Below, piece by piece: positions 1 to 10,993 of a stretch of DNA of 60,291 nucleotides (the stretch's first letter is position 1; every line of letters begins with the position of its first letter). The position numbers and the translations under genes were made by a program. The stretch comes from an uncultured Ectothiorhodospiraceae bacterium (GTDB lineage: Bacteria > Pseudomonadota > Gammaproteobacteria > UBA9214), in contig CAYUFA010000004.1 in the NCBI GenBank assembly GCA_964443845.1, positions 2,706-62,996 of the forward strand. Reading direction: 5' to 3'. The notes beneath the pieces are model-generated. The model did not search any database, was not told the DNA's origin, and saw only the letters and a program-made list of their open reading frames with translations.

Positions 1-163
1 TTTTCTGGGCGACCAGCAGGATCTTCTTGTCCTCCTGCATGGCGGTATCCAGCGCATTGATCGATTTCTCGCGCCCGACGAACAGTGGTATCACCATGTG
101 CGGGTACACCACAACGTCGCGTAACGGGAGTACCGGTATTGCGTTTGGAAGCTGCTCTGTCAT
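1..163 (-). CDS. lon: Lon protease, N-terminal part (runs off window start)
   Basis: Manual translation from ATG at 163: [38 protein letters not shown], the typical Lon N-terminus; follows clpX. Confidence 0.95.
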   Translation of the reverse strand, partial: MTEQLPNAIPVLPLRDVVVYPHMVIPLFVGREKSINALDTAMQEDKKILLVAQK

Positions 164-286
164 GTGAATTTCCGTCCGTTAGTGTATGCACACTGGATGC
201 GGGCCGGCAGCGCTGCGTTCACCGGCAGCGGACCGATCACCGGGGCCATGCGGTGATGGCTGCTGCGGTCACATCCTATTGCCCGA

Positions 287-314
287 ATATGGGGTCCTGC
301 TGTCAAAGATCAAG
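287..314 (-). promoter_or_regulatory. sigma32 (RpoH) heat-shock promoter of lon
   Basis: Minus strand CTTGAT-N14-CCCCATAT vs consensus CTTGAA-N13/14-CCCCATNT, upstream of lon. Confidence 0.75.
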
Positions 315-410
315 CACGAATTGACAGTCAAATTTAAGGAAGCAAGGTTTGTACCAGATGCGCCAACACCGGCCACAAAAGATACTCTTTTGAAATCTAA
401 GGAAATATGC

Positions 411-1682
411 TTACTCGGAGGCGGCGATTGCCTCGGGAGCGTCAAAAATCATGTACGGTTTTGCACCACTGGCGATCACATTTTCATCGATCACCACTTT
501 TCTGACGTTATCCATCGAGGGCAAGTCGTACATCGTGTCCAGCAGCACCTGCTCCAGGATGGTACGCAACCCCCTGGCACCGGTCTTGCGCTGCATGGCC
601 TTGCGCGCCACGGCACGCAGGGCTTCTTCCCGGAACTCGATTTCACACCCTTCCATATCGAACAGTTTTTCGTACTGCTTGGTAAGTGCGTTTCTCGGTT
701 CGGTCAGGATCTGAACCAGCGCATCCTCGTCGAGTTCTTCCAGGGTCGCCACGACCGGCAGGCGTCCGACGAACTCGGGGATCAGGCCGTATTTGATGAG
801 GTCTTCCGGCTCGACATCGTACAGCACCTCTCCCAGGTTGAGCTTTTCGTCCTTGCTCTTGACCTCGGCAGAAAAGCCGATGCCGCCCTTTTCGGAACGG
901 CCCCGGATGATCTTGTCCAGCCCGGCAAAGGCACCGCCGACGATGAACAGGATGTTCGAGGTATTGACCTGGAGAAATTCCTGTTGCGGATGCTTGCGGC
1001 CGCCCTGCGGAGGCACGGAGGCAACCGTGCCCTCGATCAGCTTGAGCAATGCCTGCTGGACGCCTTCACCGGATACATCACGGGTAATCGAGGGGTTATC
1101 GGACTTCCTGGAAATCTTGTCGATTTCGTCGATGTACACGATGCCGGTTTGTGCCTTCTCGACATCATAATCGCACTTTTGCAACAGTTTCTGGATGATG
1201 TTCTCGACGTCCTCGCCGACGTAACCCGCTTCCGTCAGGGTGGTCGCATCCGCAATGGTGAACGGCACGTCCAGAAAACGCGCCAGGGTTTCCGCCAGCA
1301 ATGTCTTGCCGGAACCGGTGGGTCCGATCAGCAGGATATTGCTCTTGGAGAGCTCCACTTCGTTCTTTCCGGTACGTGCCTCGAGACGCTTGTAGTGGTT
1401 ATAGACGGCAACGGACAATACTTTCTTGGCGCGGTGCTGGCCAATGACGTACTCGTTGAGTACCTCATTGATTTCCTGGGGCTTGGGCAGTTTTTCGCTG
1501 CTGGATGCCGATTTTTCCTGCATTTCCTCGCGGATGATGTCGTTGCACAGCTCGACGCATTCGTCACACACGAAGACTGACGGACCAGCGATCAGTTTGC
1601 GGACCTCATGCTGGCTCTTGCCGCAGAAGGAACAGTAGAGCAGCTTGCCATCCTCACCCTTGCCGTTTCTGTCGTTGCTCAT
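411..1682 (-). CDS. clpX: ATP-dependent Clp protease ATP-binding subunit ClpX
   Basis: CSFCGK zinc finger, GPTGSGKT Walker A, RKHP and IGF loops. Confidence 0.99.
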   Translation of the reverse strand: MSNDRNGKGEDGKLLYCSFCGKSQHEVRKLIAGPSVFVCDECVELCNDIIREEMQEKSASSSEKLPKPQEINEVLNEYVIGQHRAKKVLSVAVYNHYKRLEARTGKNEVELSKSNILLIGPTGSGKTLLAETLARFLDVPFTIADATTLTEAGYVGEDVENIIQKLLQKCDYDVEKAQTGIVYIDEIDKISRKSDNPSITRDVSGEGVQQALLKLIEGTVASVPPQGGRKHPQQEFLQVNTSNILFIVGGAFAGLDKIIRGRSEKGGIGFSAEVKSKDEKLNLGEVLYDVEPEDLIKYGLIPEFVGRLPVVATLEELDEDALVQILTEPRNALTKQYEKLFDMEGCEIEFREEALRAVARKAMQRKTGARGLRTILEQVLLDTMYDLPSMDNVRKVVIDENVIASGAKPYMIFDAPEAIAASE

Positions 1683-1851
1683 TGGTAATTCCTCGCGGTT
1701 CTCGCTTGTCCAGCACCCACATTCTGATTTGTATCACTATTAGTTGATAGTGTTCAACTCCTTCGGCGTCAAAATCGGAATATTTATCGCAACAATTTCA
1801 GGGGATTCCGGATACCCGGCCGCCCCTTGCCGGACTATGTTGCGGCGCTGG

Positions 1852-2496
1852 CTAGTCGTTCCCGCGGCTCGCGGAACCACCCGGCCGGTGCTCCAGGATC
1901 CCGTCGATCAGGCCGTATTCCCTGGCGGCAACCGCCCCCATGAAATTGTCCCGATCGGTATCTTGCTGGATGCGCTCCAGCGACTGGCCGGTATGCCGCG
2001 CCAGAATTTCGTTCAGGCGTTCACGTACCTGCAGGATTTCACGGGCATGGATATCGATATCCGTGGCCTGCCCCTGGAAGCCGCCCAGTGGCTGGTGGAT
2101 CATGACGCGCGAGTGCGGCAGGCAATAGCGTTTGCCGGCGGCACCACCGGCCAGCAGCAACGCCCCCATGCTGGCCGCCTGGCCGATACACATGGTACTG
2201 ACATCGGCCTTGATGAACTGCATGGTGTCATAGATGGCCAGTCCCGAGGTCACCGCGCCCCCCGGAGAATTGATGTACAGGTGGATATCCTTGTCGGGGT
2301 TCTCGGACTCCAGAAACAGCAACTGCGCAACGATGACATTCGCCATGTAGTCCTCGACCGGGCCTACCATGAAAACGACTCGCTCCTTCAGCAGGCGCGA
2401 GTAGATGTCATAGGAACGCTCACCGCGCGCCGTTTGTTCGACCACGATGGGTACCAGATTCAACGCTCTAATTTCCTTCGCATTATTCATGGTCAT
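1852..2496 (-). CDS. clpP: Clp protease proteolytic subunit ClpP
   Basis: [29 protein letters not shown] motifs. Confidence 0.99.
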   Translation of the reverse strand: MTMNNAKEIRALNLVPIVVEQTARGERSYDIYSRLLKERVVFMVGPVEDYMANVIVAQLLFLESENPDKDIHLYINSPGGAVTSGLAIYDTMQFIKADVSTMCIGQAASMGALLLAGGAAGKRYCLPHSRVMIHQPLGGFQGQATDIDIHAREILQVRERLNEILARHTGQSLERIQQDTDRDNFMGAVAAREYGLIDGILEHRPGGSASRGND

Positions 2497-2504
2497 GTAT
2501 CGGA

Positions 2505-3809
2505 TCAGGGCTGCAAACCTTGAGTCCGCCTGGCTTCCTCGACGAGTTCATTGAAAGACATCGGCTGGTCCACCACCGTGATGCCGGCATGTTCGACAAT
2601 CCAGTCCACGACCTGTCCTTCGATCACGTTTGACTGCACGCCGTGCAGCATCTCCTGGTTGCCATAATACCACTGAATGACCTCCTCCGGCTTTTCATAC
2701 GATGCTGCAATGGTAGCCACGGTTTCCCGCACCTTGTCCTGGTCCAGCACGATGTGGTTGCGTTTGGCCACTTCGGATACGATCACGCCAAGCCTGACAC
2801 GCTTGTCTGCAACCGACTCAAGTTCCTCGGGGGCACGCTGTATGGCGCCGTCACCCTGCTGTTTTTTCAGCACCTCGACTTCATCCTTGACCAGCTGCTG
2901 CGGCACATCGACCGAATTGTGCTCGAGCAATGCGTCAAACACCTGCGCCTTCAGCCTGGATGAAAGCAGGCCCTTCAGCTCACGACGCAGGTTGTTGGTG
3001 ACTTCCTCGCGCAGACCCTGCATACCACCACCCGCGATTCCGAATGTATCCGCGAAGGCATCGTCGAGTGCCGGCAACGAAATTTCCGCAACAGAACGGA
3101 TTGCGACCTTGAATTCGGCCTCTTTCCCCGCCACCTCGACCGATGGATAGCCGGCCGGGAACGTGAGCGAGAACGTCCTGGTGTCGCCGGCAGCGAGTCC
3201 CGTCAGCTGTTCTTCAAATCCTGCGATCATGCTGCCGGAACCGAGCACCACCTGCATGTTGCTGGCCTGGTTGCCGGTAAACGGCGCGCCGTCGATCGTC
3301 GCCTCGTAATCCAGCGTCAGCTGGTCCCCGAGCTGTGCCTGCCGGTCCACCCGGTTCCACGTTGCACGCTGTTTCTGCAGGTTTTCCAGCATCGCATCGA
3401 CATCGGTAGCAGTGATTTCAACAACCGGTCGTGAAATGGAAAACCCGTAGTTGACGGGTGCGTTGAATTCCGGAAAGATCTCGAAAGTGGCCACATATTC
3501 CAGTGGCTTCCCCGGTGACGACGTCTCTGTCTCTATGCTCGGCGAGCCCGCCGGACGCAGGTTTTCACGCGTCATTGCCTCCTGCAAGGTCGAGTTCAGC
3601 ACCTGGTTGGCCACCTCAAGACGAACCTGGGCGCCATACTTCCTCTCCACCACCTTGAGAGGAATCTTGCCGGAACGAAATCCATCCATCCTTATCGTGC
3701 GCGCCATCGATTGCAGTCGTGCAACGACCTCCTGGTCGATCCGCTCCGCTGGCACCCGCACCCGCATCCGGCGGGCCAGCCCCCCGGCATTCTCCACTGA
3801 CACTTCCAT
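2505..3809 (-). CDS. tig: Trigger factor
   Basis: MEVSVE start, GFRSGKIP ribosome-binding motif, FKBP domain; tig-clpP-clpX-lon synteny. Confidence 0.97.
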   Translation of the reverse strand: MEVSVENAGGLARRMRVRVPAERIDQEVVARLQSMARTIRMDGFRSGKIPLKVVERKYGAQVRLEVANQVLNSTLQEAMTRENLRPAGSPSIETETSSPGKPLEYVATFEIFPEFNAPVNYGFSISRPVVEITATDVDAMLENLQKQRATWNRVDRQAQLGDQLTLDYEATIDGAPFTGNQASNMQVVLGSGSMIAGFEEQLTGLAAGDTRTFSLTFPAGYPSVEVAGKEAEFKVAIRSVAEISLPALDDAFADTFGIAGGGMQGLREEVTNNLRRELKGLLSSRLKAQVFDALLEHNSVDVPQQLVKDEVEVLKKQQGDGAIQRAPEELESVADKRVRLGVIVSEVAKRNHIVLDQDKVRETVATIAASYEKPEEVIQWYYGNQEMLHGVQSNVIEGQVVDWIVEHAGITVVDQPMSFNELVEEARRTQGLQP

Positions 3810-3927
3810 TCCATCACCTCGTGCTTGAAAGAATCCGCAACTGTTCCAGCTCCGCAATCACCCTGGACATCCCTGCCCCGGGGGCCGGTCTGAACCTGTC
3901 CCGTCCTGCGGACGATCTTGTTGAAGT

Positions 3928-4012
<85 letters not shown>

Positions 4013-4380
4013 CCGGGCGGCCTGAGCCATAATATTCAGGCCATAATACCTAAATTCGACTTGTAATATAAAGAGTTATTTAGCCCGGCCGGGAACGGGC
4101 CCCGGCCCCACGGCCCGTCTGTACTCGTCCTCCGGCCCGGTATTACAATACCCCCCATCCTCGTCCCGCGGCGGTACAGGAGAGCCGGGCTGAGGGAAGG
4201 ATATCTGCCGGATCGGGCGCTGCAGCGAGGCTTCCTGCACGGCCTGCCAGAGTCTGGCGTGATCATGATTCAAGTACAAGTCAGGGATGATGTGCAACAC
4301 GGCATCGTCCGGACGTTCCCGGTCTGCCGACCGCAAGACACACTGCACTCGTGCTGACAGACAGCAGCAAAGGGGAAACA

Positions 4381-4662
4381 ATGCGCCGCAAAAACAGCAC
4401 TCAATGGTACCGATTGACCGATCGCCAGCTGTCCAGTCTCGCTGGCCAGGGCAACCATCCGGAAGCCATACCGGCCTGGGACCTGGCCCGGGCGATTCGC
4501 GAAATCGGGGGAGAACCCAGAGTCTACTATTCGGAAACCACGGGGTTTCGCGTCATCGACGAGCACGACATGGAAAAACAGCGACTGTCACTGGCACTGG
4601 AAATCAAGTCCAGACCGTTTCCAGGCTGGCCGCTGGGGCCTGCGCAAGTAACGTCCCCGTAG
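4381..4662 (+). CDS. Small hypothetical protein (93 aa) between tRNA genes
   Basis: AAGGGGA RBS before ATG 4381; protein-like composition; no recognised motif. Confidence 0.6.
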   Translation: MRRKNSTQWYRLTDRQLSSLAGQGNHPEAIPAWDLARAIREIGGEPRVYYSETTGFRVIDEHDMEKQRLSLALEIKSRPFPGWPLGPAQVTSP

Positions 4663-4958
4663 GCAGTCAGCCACGGTCTCCACCAGCGCGCGCCCTGCCG
4701 CAAGGCAGTGGCAGGGAACACTGCAACCTGCCGCCCTGCCTCCGCGCGCAATCAACCTTCGTACATAACCAGCGACATTCAGCGCCACCCGCAAACTTCG
4801 GCTGCCGGTCGGCGTGGGCACCACGGCCATGATCGGCCTGCCCCGCGCAACAGGCCGGGGATCACCCTGCCGAACCGCGGGAAAACACGGACGGACACGG
4901 CGTACAGCGGGACGTGCAGCAGGTAGCTGCCGTTGCCGGATCCGGTGACAGGAAGTGA

Positions 4959-5034
4959 TGGTGGGCCGTGAAGGAATCGAACCTTCAACCAATGGATTAA
5001 GAGTCCACTGCTCTGCCAATTGAGCTAACGGCCC
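4959..5034 (-). tRNA. tRNA-Lys(CTT)
   Basis: GGGCCGTTAGCTCAATTGGCAGAGC; anticodon arm GTGGA-CTCTTAA-TCCAT; CCA end. Confidence 0.96.
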
Positions 5035-5115
5035 GGAGCGGGCTGGTATTGGATCACAGCATGACAGGTGGTTCAAGCTTCCCCGGGCTGCCGTATACCT
5101 GCTGCGATCACTGAA

Positions 5116-5192
5116 TGGGGTGGACGATGGGACTCGAACCCACGACGACTGGAATCACAATCCAGGACTCTACCAACTGAGCTACGTCCACC
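5116..5192 (-). tRNA. tRNA-His(GTG)
   Basis: Anticodon arm CTGGA-TTGTGAT-TCCAG; encoded G-1; CCA end. Confidence 0.97.
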
Positions 5193-5207
5193 ATATCTCA
5201 CTTTCAC

Positions 5208-5284
5208 TGGCGCGCCCGGCAGGAATCGAACCTGCAACCGCCGGCTTAGAAGGCCGGTGCTCTATCCTGTTGAGCTACGGGCGC
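5208..5284 (-). tRNA. tRNA-Arg(TCT)
   Basis: Anticodon arm CCGGC-CTTCTAA-GCCGG; CCA end. Confidence 0.97.
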
Positions 5285-5329
5285 AAGTTCTGCACGAATC
5301 GGTTGCCGGACCCGCACCTTGCCGGGATT

Positions 5330-5406
5330 TGGTCGGGGTAGAGAGATTCGAACTCCCGACATCCTGCTCCCAAAGCAGGCGCGCTACCAGGCTGCGCTAT
5401 ACCCCG
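5330..5406 (-). tRNA. tRNA-Pro(TGG)
   Basis: CGGGGTATAGCGCAGCCTGGTAGCGC; anticodon arm CCTGC-TTTGGGA-GCAGG; CCA end. Confidence 0.97.
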
Positions 5407-5616
5407 TATGCCGAGCGAAACCGGACGGCACTGCTGAGCCTGCTGATGATACGTGGCCACCATTTAGCGGTCAACAAGCTGGCCGGCAACCCCGCGTGGG
5501 CGCGCCTGCACCACGATACGGATCGCCGGCGCACCGGCCGGGTCCGGTTTGCTTGTCCCTGCTTGCCGGCGCATGCGAGAATTTCCGGTCTGTATACGCA
5601 GCACGCAGCCATCTCC

Positions 5617-6471
5617 ATGACAGCAAAAATCATTGACGGCAAGGCGATTGCGGCCGGCATCCGCCAGTCCGTCCGCGCCAGAATCGACGCCCGCAGGCGT
5701 CGCAACCTGCGGATACCCGGTCTCGCCGTGGTCCTGGTCGGCACGGATCCGGCTTCGGAGATTTACGTGCGTAACAAACGCAGGGCCTGCGACGAGGCCG
5801 GCGTCATTTCGACCTCCCACGACCTGCCACATGAAACCAGCGAACAGGCGCTGCTGGACCTCATCGACCGGCTCAATGCAGATCCCGCAATCGACGGCAT
5901 TCTGGTGCAGTCCCCGCTGCCGGGACACATCGACGCGGACAAGGTTACGGAACGAATCGTGCCGGACAAGGATGTGGACGGATTTCACCCATACAATATC
6001 GGCCGGCTGGCGCTACGCCGCCCGTCATTGCGGTCGTGCACACCGCGCGGAATCATCACGCTGCTGGAACACACCGGTGAACCGTTTTACGGCCGCATGG
6101 CGGTGGTGGTCGGTGCATCGAACATTGTCGGGCGCCCCATGACCCTGGAACTCCTGCTTGCCGGCTGTACGGTAACCACCTGTCATCGCTTCACCCGCGA
6201 GCTCGCGACGCACGTCGGCAATGCGGATATTGTCATTGTCGCGGTCGGCAAGCCCGGGATCGTCCAGGGTGAATGGATCAGGCCGGGCGCCACGGTGGTC
6301 GATGTCGGGATCAACCGGCTGGCGGACGGGAGCATCGCGGGGGATATCGGTTTTGCCGCCGCCAGCGAACGTGCCGCCTGGATCACCCCGGTACCGGGCG
6401 GCGTGGGGCCCATGACGGTGGCAACACTGCTCGAAAACACCCTCTACGCGGCGGAATTCCTGCACGACTGA
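5617..6471 (+). CDS. folD: Methylenetetrahydrofolate dehydrogenase/cyclohydrolase
   Basis: MTAKIIDGK start, [18 protein letters not shown]; divergent from the tRNA cluster. Confidence 0.98.
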   Translation: MTAKIIDGKAIAAGIRQSVRARIDARRRRNLRIPGLAVVLVGTDPASEIYVRNKRRACDEAGVISTSHDLPHETSEQALLDLIDRLNADPAIDGILVQSPLPGHIDADKVTERIVPDKDVDGFHPYNIGRLALRRPSLRSCTPRGIITLLEHTGEPFYGRMAVVVGASNIVGRPMTLELLLAGCTVTTCHRFTRELATHVGNADIVIVAVGKPGIVQGEWIRPGATVVDVGINRLADGSIAGDIGFAAASERAAWITPVPGGVGPMTVATLLENTLYAAEFLHD

Positions 6472-6538
6472 CTTGCAACCTGCCGCTGCATCCCGCACGC
6501 GAACCGCGTGGCTTCCGGACCAGGTACTGCAGCCCGGC

Positions 6539-7939
6539 TCAGGCACGTCGCCAGGAGGTCCCCGCGGCGGCATCCTCCAGGATGATGCCGTGTTGTTCCA
6601 GCTCTGCACGAATGCGGTCCGCTTCGGCCCAGTTCCTGCTGGCGCGTGCGCTGATCCGGCTGGCGATCTTGGCCTCGATTTCGCCGTCGGAGAGGATCTG
6701 CACCGCGCTGTCACCGCTAACGCTCGCGCGCAGGAATGCTTCCGGACTGGCCTGCAGCAGCCCTAGCACCGCGCCGGAGTTGCGCATGCATCCGGCCAGG
6801 CGCCTGGCGCGCTCCGGCTGGCTGTCCCGGCAGCGATTGATTTCCCGTGCCAGCTCGAACAGCACGGCCACGGCCTCCGGCGTATTGAAGTCGTCATCCA
6901 TGGCACGATGAAATTCGGCGTTGTAACGCTCCGTTTCCGGGTCATCCGCCTGCAGGGGCTCGATGTCGCGCAACGTGGTATAGAGACGGGCCAGTGCCGC
7001 CTTGCTGTTTTCGAGGTTCTCCCGGGAGTAATTGAGGGGGCTCCGGTAGTGGCTGGCAATGATGAAGAAGCGCACCTCCTCCGGACGGTAGTGCTTGAGT
7101 ATCTCCCGAACGGTAAAGAAATTCCCGAGCGACTTGGACATCTTTTCGTTGTCCACCCGTACAAAGCCGTTATGCATCCAGTAATTGACAAACGGCTTGC
7201 AGGTGGCGGCCTCCGACTGGGCAATTTCATTTTCGTGGTGTGGGAACTTGAGATCCATGCCGCCACCATGGATATCGAAATGTGCGCCCAGGTACCGTGT
7301 CGACATGGCGGAGCATTCGATATGCCAGCCGGGCCGGCCCGCTCCCCAGGGCGAATCCCAGCTCGGCTCACCGGGCTTGGCCTGCTTCCAGAGCACGAAA
7401 TCGAGCGGGTCGTTCTTGGATTCATCGACCTCGATACGGGCTCCCGCCTGCAGCTCTTCCAGGTTCCTGCCGGAAAGGCGACCATAGTGCTCGAACCGGC
7501 TCACATCGTAGTAGACGTCACCGTTACTGCCCTGATAGGCGTAACCGTTCGTGACCAGCGCACCGATCATGGCGATGATGTCCCGCATGGAACCGGTGGC
7601 TCTCGGTTCGATATCCGGACGGGCGATACCCAGGGCATCGGCGTCCTCGTTCATGATCGCGATGAAGCGCCCGGTGAGCGCCTGGATATCCTCGCCGTTT
7701 TCCTGCGCCCGCCGGATGATCTTGTCGTCGATATCCGTAATGTTGCGGACATAGGTGACGTCATAGCCGAGCGCACGCAGGTAGCGCACCACCACGTCAA
7801 AGACCACCATCACCCGTGCATGCCCGAGGTGACAGTAGTCATACACCGTCATACCGCACACATACATCCCGACTTTCCCGGCTTCGATCGGGACAAAGGT
7901 ATCTTTCTGATTGGTAAGGGTGTTGTAGATCTTCAACAT
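6539..7939 (-). CDS. cysS: Cysteine--tRNA ligase
   Basis: [35 protein letters not shown]. Confidence 0.99.
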   Translation of the reverse strand: MLKIYNTLTNQKDTFVPIEAGKVGMYVCGMTVYDYCHLGHARVMVVFDVVVRYLRALGYDVTYVRNITDIDDKIIRRAQENGEDIQALTGRFIAIMNEDADALGIARPDIEPRATGSMRDIIAMIGALVTNGYAYQGSNGDVYYDVSRFEHYGRLSGRNLEELQAGARIEVDESKNDPLDFVLWKQAKPGEPSWDSPWGAGRPGWHIECSAMSTRYLGAHFDIHGGGMDLKFPHHENEIAQSEAATCKPFVNYWMHNGFVRVDNEKMSKSLGNFFTVREILKHYRPEEVRFFIIASHYRSPLNYSRENLENSKAALARLYTTLRDIEPLQADDPETERYNAEFHRAMDDDFNTPEAVAVLFELAREINRCRDSQPERARRLAGCMRNSGAVLGLLQASPEAFLRASVSGDSAVQILSDGEIEAKIASRISARASRNWAEADRIRAELEQHGIILEDAAAGTSWRRA

Positions 7940-8100
7940 CGACGGGTCCCTGTTCCCCGGCAGCGCGCCCGGGGCACCGGCAGTGACCGGCATCTGGCAC
8001 CTGCTGCAGGGAACACTGCCCGGTGCGCGGACAGCAGCTCTTGTAATGACCGGCAGAGCTTATATCATTGGCAAACCGAATAAAACAACCGGAGTTGGCC

Positions 8101-8700
8101 ATGGGAAAACCGCTTTTGCAGATCCTGGTGCTGGTTGCCGCGCTGTTACCGCTGACGGGCTTCCCGCAGGACAATCAACACAATCAGAAGGAAAAAGGCA
8201 TGGTCAAGGTCACGATGGACACCACCCAGGGCATCATCAGGCTGGAACTGGATCCCGACAAGGCACCACTCAGCGTGGCGAATTTCGTCGCATATGCGAA
8301 GTCGGGTTTCTACGACAACACGATTTTTCACCGCGTCATTCCCGGGTTCATGATCCAGGGTGGTGGCTACGATTCCGATACCAAACTGAAAAAGACCCGG
8401 CCGCCGATCAGGAACGAGGCGGACAACGGCCTGCAGAACCTGAAGGGAACGATCGCCATGGCGCGCACCAGCGATCCCGACTCCGCGACCTCGCAGTTCT
8501 TCATCAATGTTGCCGACAATCACTTCCTGGACCATAAGTCACCGACTCCACAGGGCTGGGGGTATGCCGTATTCGGCAAGGTGACCGCAGGCATGGATAC
8601 CGTCGAGAAGATCGAGCAGGTTCGCACCGGGTTCAACTTCGGCATGAAGGATATCCCGCTGCAGGAAGTCGTCATCCGCAAGGTGACCGTCGAGGAGTAG
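8101..8700 (+). CDS. Cyclophilin-type peptidyl-prolyl isomerase (PpiA/PpiB type); signal peptide if started at 8101, alternative ATG at 8200
   Basis: [36 protein letters not shown]; occupies the usual ppiB slot between cysS and lpxH. Confidence 0.93.
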   Translation: MGKPLLQILVLVAALLPLTGFPQDNQHNQKEKGMVKVTMDTTQGIIRLELDPDKAPLSVANFVAYAKSGFYDNTIFHRVIPGFMIQGGGYDSDTKLKKTRPPIRNEADNGLQNLKGTIAMARTSDPDSATSQFFINVADNHFLDHKSPTPQGWGYAVFGKVTAGMDTVEKIEQVRTGFNFGMKDIPLQEVVIRKVTVEE

Positions 8701-8721
8701 TGCTCCCGGTTGCCTGACGGC

Positions 8722-9456
8722 ATGTCCCGCACCCTGTTCGTATCCGATCTGCACCTTGATCCCGAGCGCCCGGCAATAACCGCCCTGTTCCTCGCCCTCC
8801 TTGGGCGGGAGGCGGGTGCGGCCGCGGCCGTCTATATCCTCGGGGACCTGTTCGAGGCATGGATCGGCGACGATGACGACTCTCCCCCCGGCCCCGAAGT
8901 CTGCGCGGCGATACGTCAGTGCACTGCAGCCGGAACACCCGTCTACCTCATGCACGGCAACCGCGACTTCCTGCTGGGGAGGACCTTTGCCGAGCAATCG
9001 GGATGCACATTGCTGGAGGAACCCGCGCGGATCGACCTGTACGGCACCCCTGCCCTGCTCATGCATGGAGATATGCTCTGCACCGACGATACCGAATATC
9101 TGCAGTTCCGGGCACAGGTCAGGAGTGCTGCATGGCAGCAGGAAATGCTGGCACGACCGCTGGATGAGCGGCGCACGCTCGCCCGAGAAATGCGTGCAGC
9201 CAGCCGTGCGCAGAACAGCGGCAAGCCGGAGTCGATCATGGACGTCAACCCCGCGGCAGTGGATGAGGTCATGCGGCAGTACGCAACCCGCCTGCTGATC
9301 CACGGCCATACCCACCGCCCCGCCATCCATGAGTTCCTGCTTGACGGCAAACCGGCAAGACGGATCGTGCTGGGTGACTGGTATGAACAGGGCAGCGTTC
9401 TGGTGTGCACGCCCCGGGGCTGTTCGCTTCAGGGGCCGGCAGCGGTTCCTGCCTGA
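8722..9456 (+). CDS. lpxH: UDP-2,3-diacylglucosamine diphosphatase
   Basis: SDLHL, GDLFEAWIGDD, HGNRDF, IHGHTHRP, LGDW. Confidence 0.97.
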   Translation: MSRTLFVSDLHLDPERPAITALFLALLGREAGAAAAVYILGDLFEAWIGDDDDSPPGPEVCAAIRQCTAAGTPVYLMHGNRDFLLGRTFAEQSGCTLLEEPARIDLYGTPALLMHGDMLCTDDTEYLQFRAQVRSAAWQQEMLARPLDERRTLAREMRAASRAQNSGKPESIMDVNPAAVDEVMRQYATRLLIHGHTHRPAIHEFLLDGKPARRIVLGDWYEQGSVLVCTPRGCSLQGPAAVPA

Positions 9457-10190
9457 CCGCCCAGGCGCAGCACGTCGTAGTCCGCCGGCAGTTTGAACAG
9501 GGATGCCGCCACCGGCACGTTTTCGCGGTAGTCCAGCAATGTCCGGCGGTACCCGTCCGGGGCCCACTCCCTGATCGGCAGCCCCTGCTGGTACGGCAGC
9601 CCGCTACCGTACGCGTAGCGCAGCAGGTAACACGGGGTGCGGATGTCAGCCGGGAGCGTGTCGAGACGCACCTGCTGCCGGTGCCCGGACAGCACGGCAT
9701 ATTCCTGCAATGCGGCGGTCGCCGGTGCGAGCAACCCGGGCACCGAAATCACGTCATAACAGGTGTCGCCGTTGGCGCGGAACTGCAGGTGCAGGGGTTT
9801 CCTGCCGCCGACGAGCGGTGCCTGTGCGTCCTCCCGCCGGACGGTCGTCTGCCGGTAGGACCGCGGCGCTGCCTTGCCGTGTGCCACCGGCGCGAGTTCC
9901 AGGATCGTGCGTTCATCGTGACTGACGCTGTAGACGGTGTGACGACCCCGATCGAAGAGGATAAATCCCGAACCGGGATCGGCGTCATCGATACGCAGGA
10001 AGCGGTCGGTGATGGTATACCGCGCCGGGTAGGGATCCGACCCGGGTTCCTGCACGTCAAAACGGAGAACCGTTGCCGGTACGGTCCGGGTGTGACCGCG
10101 CTCTGGCGGCGCGGCATCGGGCAGCGCGGTCCCGGTCTGCAGGGCCGTCAGCACCAGGATCTGGAGCCCGATCGCCAGTGCCCGCTTCAT
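9429..10190 (-). CDS. Exported hypothetical protein, DUF4412-like
   Basis: Signal peptide; C-terminal SLFKLPADY motif typical of DUF4412-like proteins. Confidence 0.65.
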   Translation of the reverse strand: MKRALAIGLQILVLTALQTGTALPDAAPPERGHTRTVPATVLRFDVQEPGSDPYPARYTITDRFLRIDDADPGSGFILFDRGRHTVYSVSHDERTILELAPVAHGKAAPRSYRQTTVRREDAQAPLVGGRKPLHLQFRANGDTCYDVISVPGLLAPATAALQEYAVLSGHRQQVRLDTLPADIRTPCYLLRYAYGSGLPYQQGLPIREWAPDGYRRTLLDYRENVPVAASLFKLPADYDVLRLGGQAGTAAGP

Positions 10191-10993
10191 GCCTGCGTAC
10201 CGGCAAGCTGACTGAGCAGGTCCAGCTCATGCTGGGCAAAACCGGCCTGGCGGCGTGCCGGCAGATTGAGGGGCGGCCGGATACGCTGCATGCCGTAGGC
10301 GGCAAGCAGCTGCCCGAAGGTTTGTGCCGGATCGAGGCCGCGCTGTTCACAGAGGTATTCGAACCAGCGCGAACCGATCCGGACATGTCCGATTTCGTCG
10401 TCCAGAATCCGTCGCAGGACCCGCACACTGCCTGCATCGCCAACCGCTTCCAGCCGTCCCAGCATGCCCGGTGTAACGTCCAGTCCGCGCGCTTCGAGCA
10501 CGCGTGGCACCAGCGCCATGCGGACCAGCGGATCGTGCGCGGTCTTTTCCGCCATCTCCCACAGGCCGTCGTGCGCCGGGAAGTCACCGTACTCGTGCCC
10601 CGCCTCGCGCAGTCGTTCCACCAGCAGCGTGAAGTGACATGCCTCTTCGCCGGCCACCCGGCTCCAGTCCAGATAGTACTGCCCGGGCAGTCCCGGAAAC
10701 CGGCACACGGCATCCCATGCCAGGTTGATGGCATTGAATTCGATGTGTGCCAGAGCATGCAGGAATGCCGCGCGACCCATTGCGGTTGTCAGTCTGCGTT
10801 GCGCCAGCCGGGTGAAGTGCACCAGGCTGGGTTGCTCCGGGCGGCCCGGCGACTGCGTGCAGGCGCGCACTGGTGACGCAGCGCCGCTGCCCCGTTGCCG
10901 GAACAGCGCGGCGACTTCCCGGGTACAGGTAACCTTGCGGGCGGGATCACGTTCCTGCAGACAGCTGGCGGCCAGTTCGATCAGTTCATGCAT
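10187..10993 (-). CDS. Ferritin-like diiron protein (DUF455)
   Basis: HALAHIEFNAINLAWD, EEACHF, LEARGLD, DEIGHV motifs. Confidence 0.9.
   Translation of the reverse strand: MHELIELAASCLQERDPARKVTCTREVAALFRQRGSGAASPVRACTQSPGRPEQPSLVHFTRLAQRRLTTAMGRAAFLHALAHIEFNAINLAWDAVCRFPGLPGQYYLDWSRVAGEEACHFTLLVERLREAGHEYGDFPAHDGLWEMAEKTAHDPLVRMALVPRVLEARGLDVTPGMLGRLEAVGDAGSVRVLRRILDDEIGHVRIGSRWFEYLCEQRGLDPAQTFGQLLAAYGMQRIRPPLNLPARRQAGFAQHELDLLSQLAGTQA

Noticed and set aside
186-1580. Long plus-strand ORF antisense to clpX (similarly 15723-17840, 29581-31458, 52549-54525)
   Set aside because: Shadow ORFs from GC-rich codon usage, fully antisense to recognisable genes and without motifs
4026-4048. Direct repeat GCCATAATA x2
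   Set aside because: Most simply tandem -10-like elements (TATTAT) of the tRNA-Leu promoter
5073-5097. Possible sigma28 promoter TCAAG...GCCGTATA
   Set aside because: Spacer 2 bp too short and it points antisense into tRNA genes
5068-5616. N-terminal extension of the folD ORF (and of queA over 42260-42637)
   Set aside because: The extensions run across tRNA genes; real starts are 5617 and 42259
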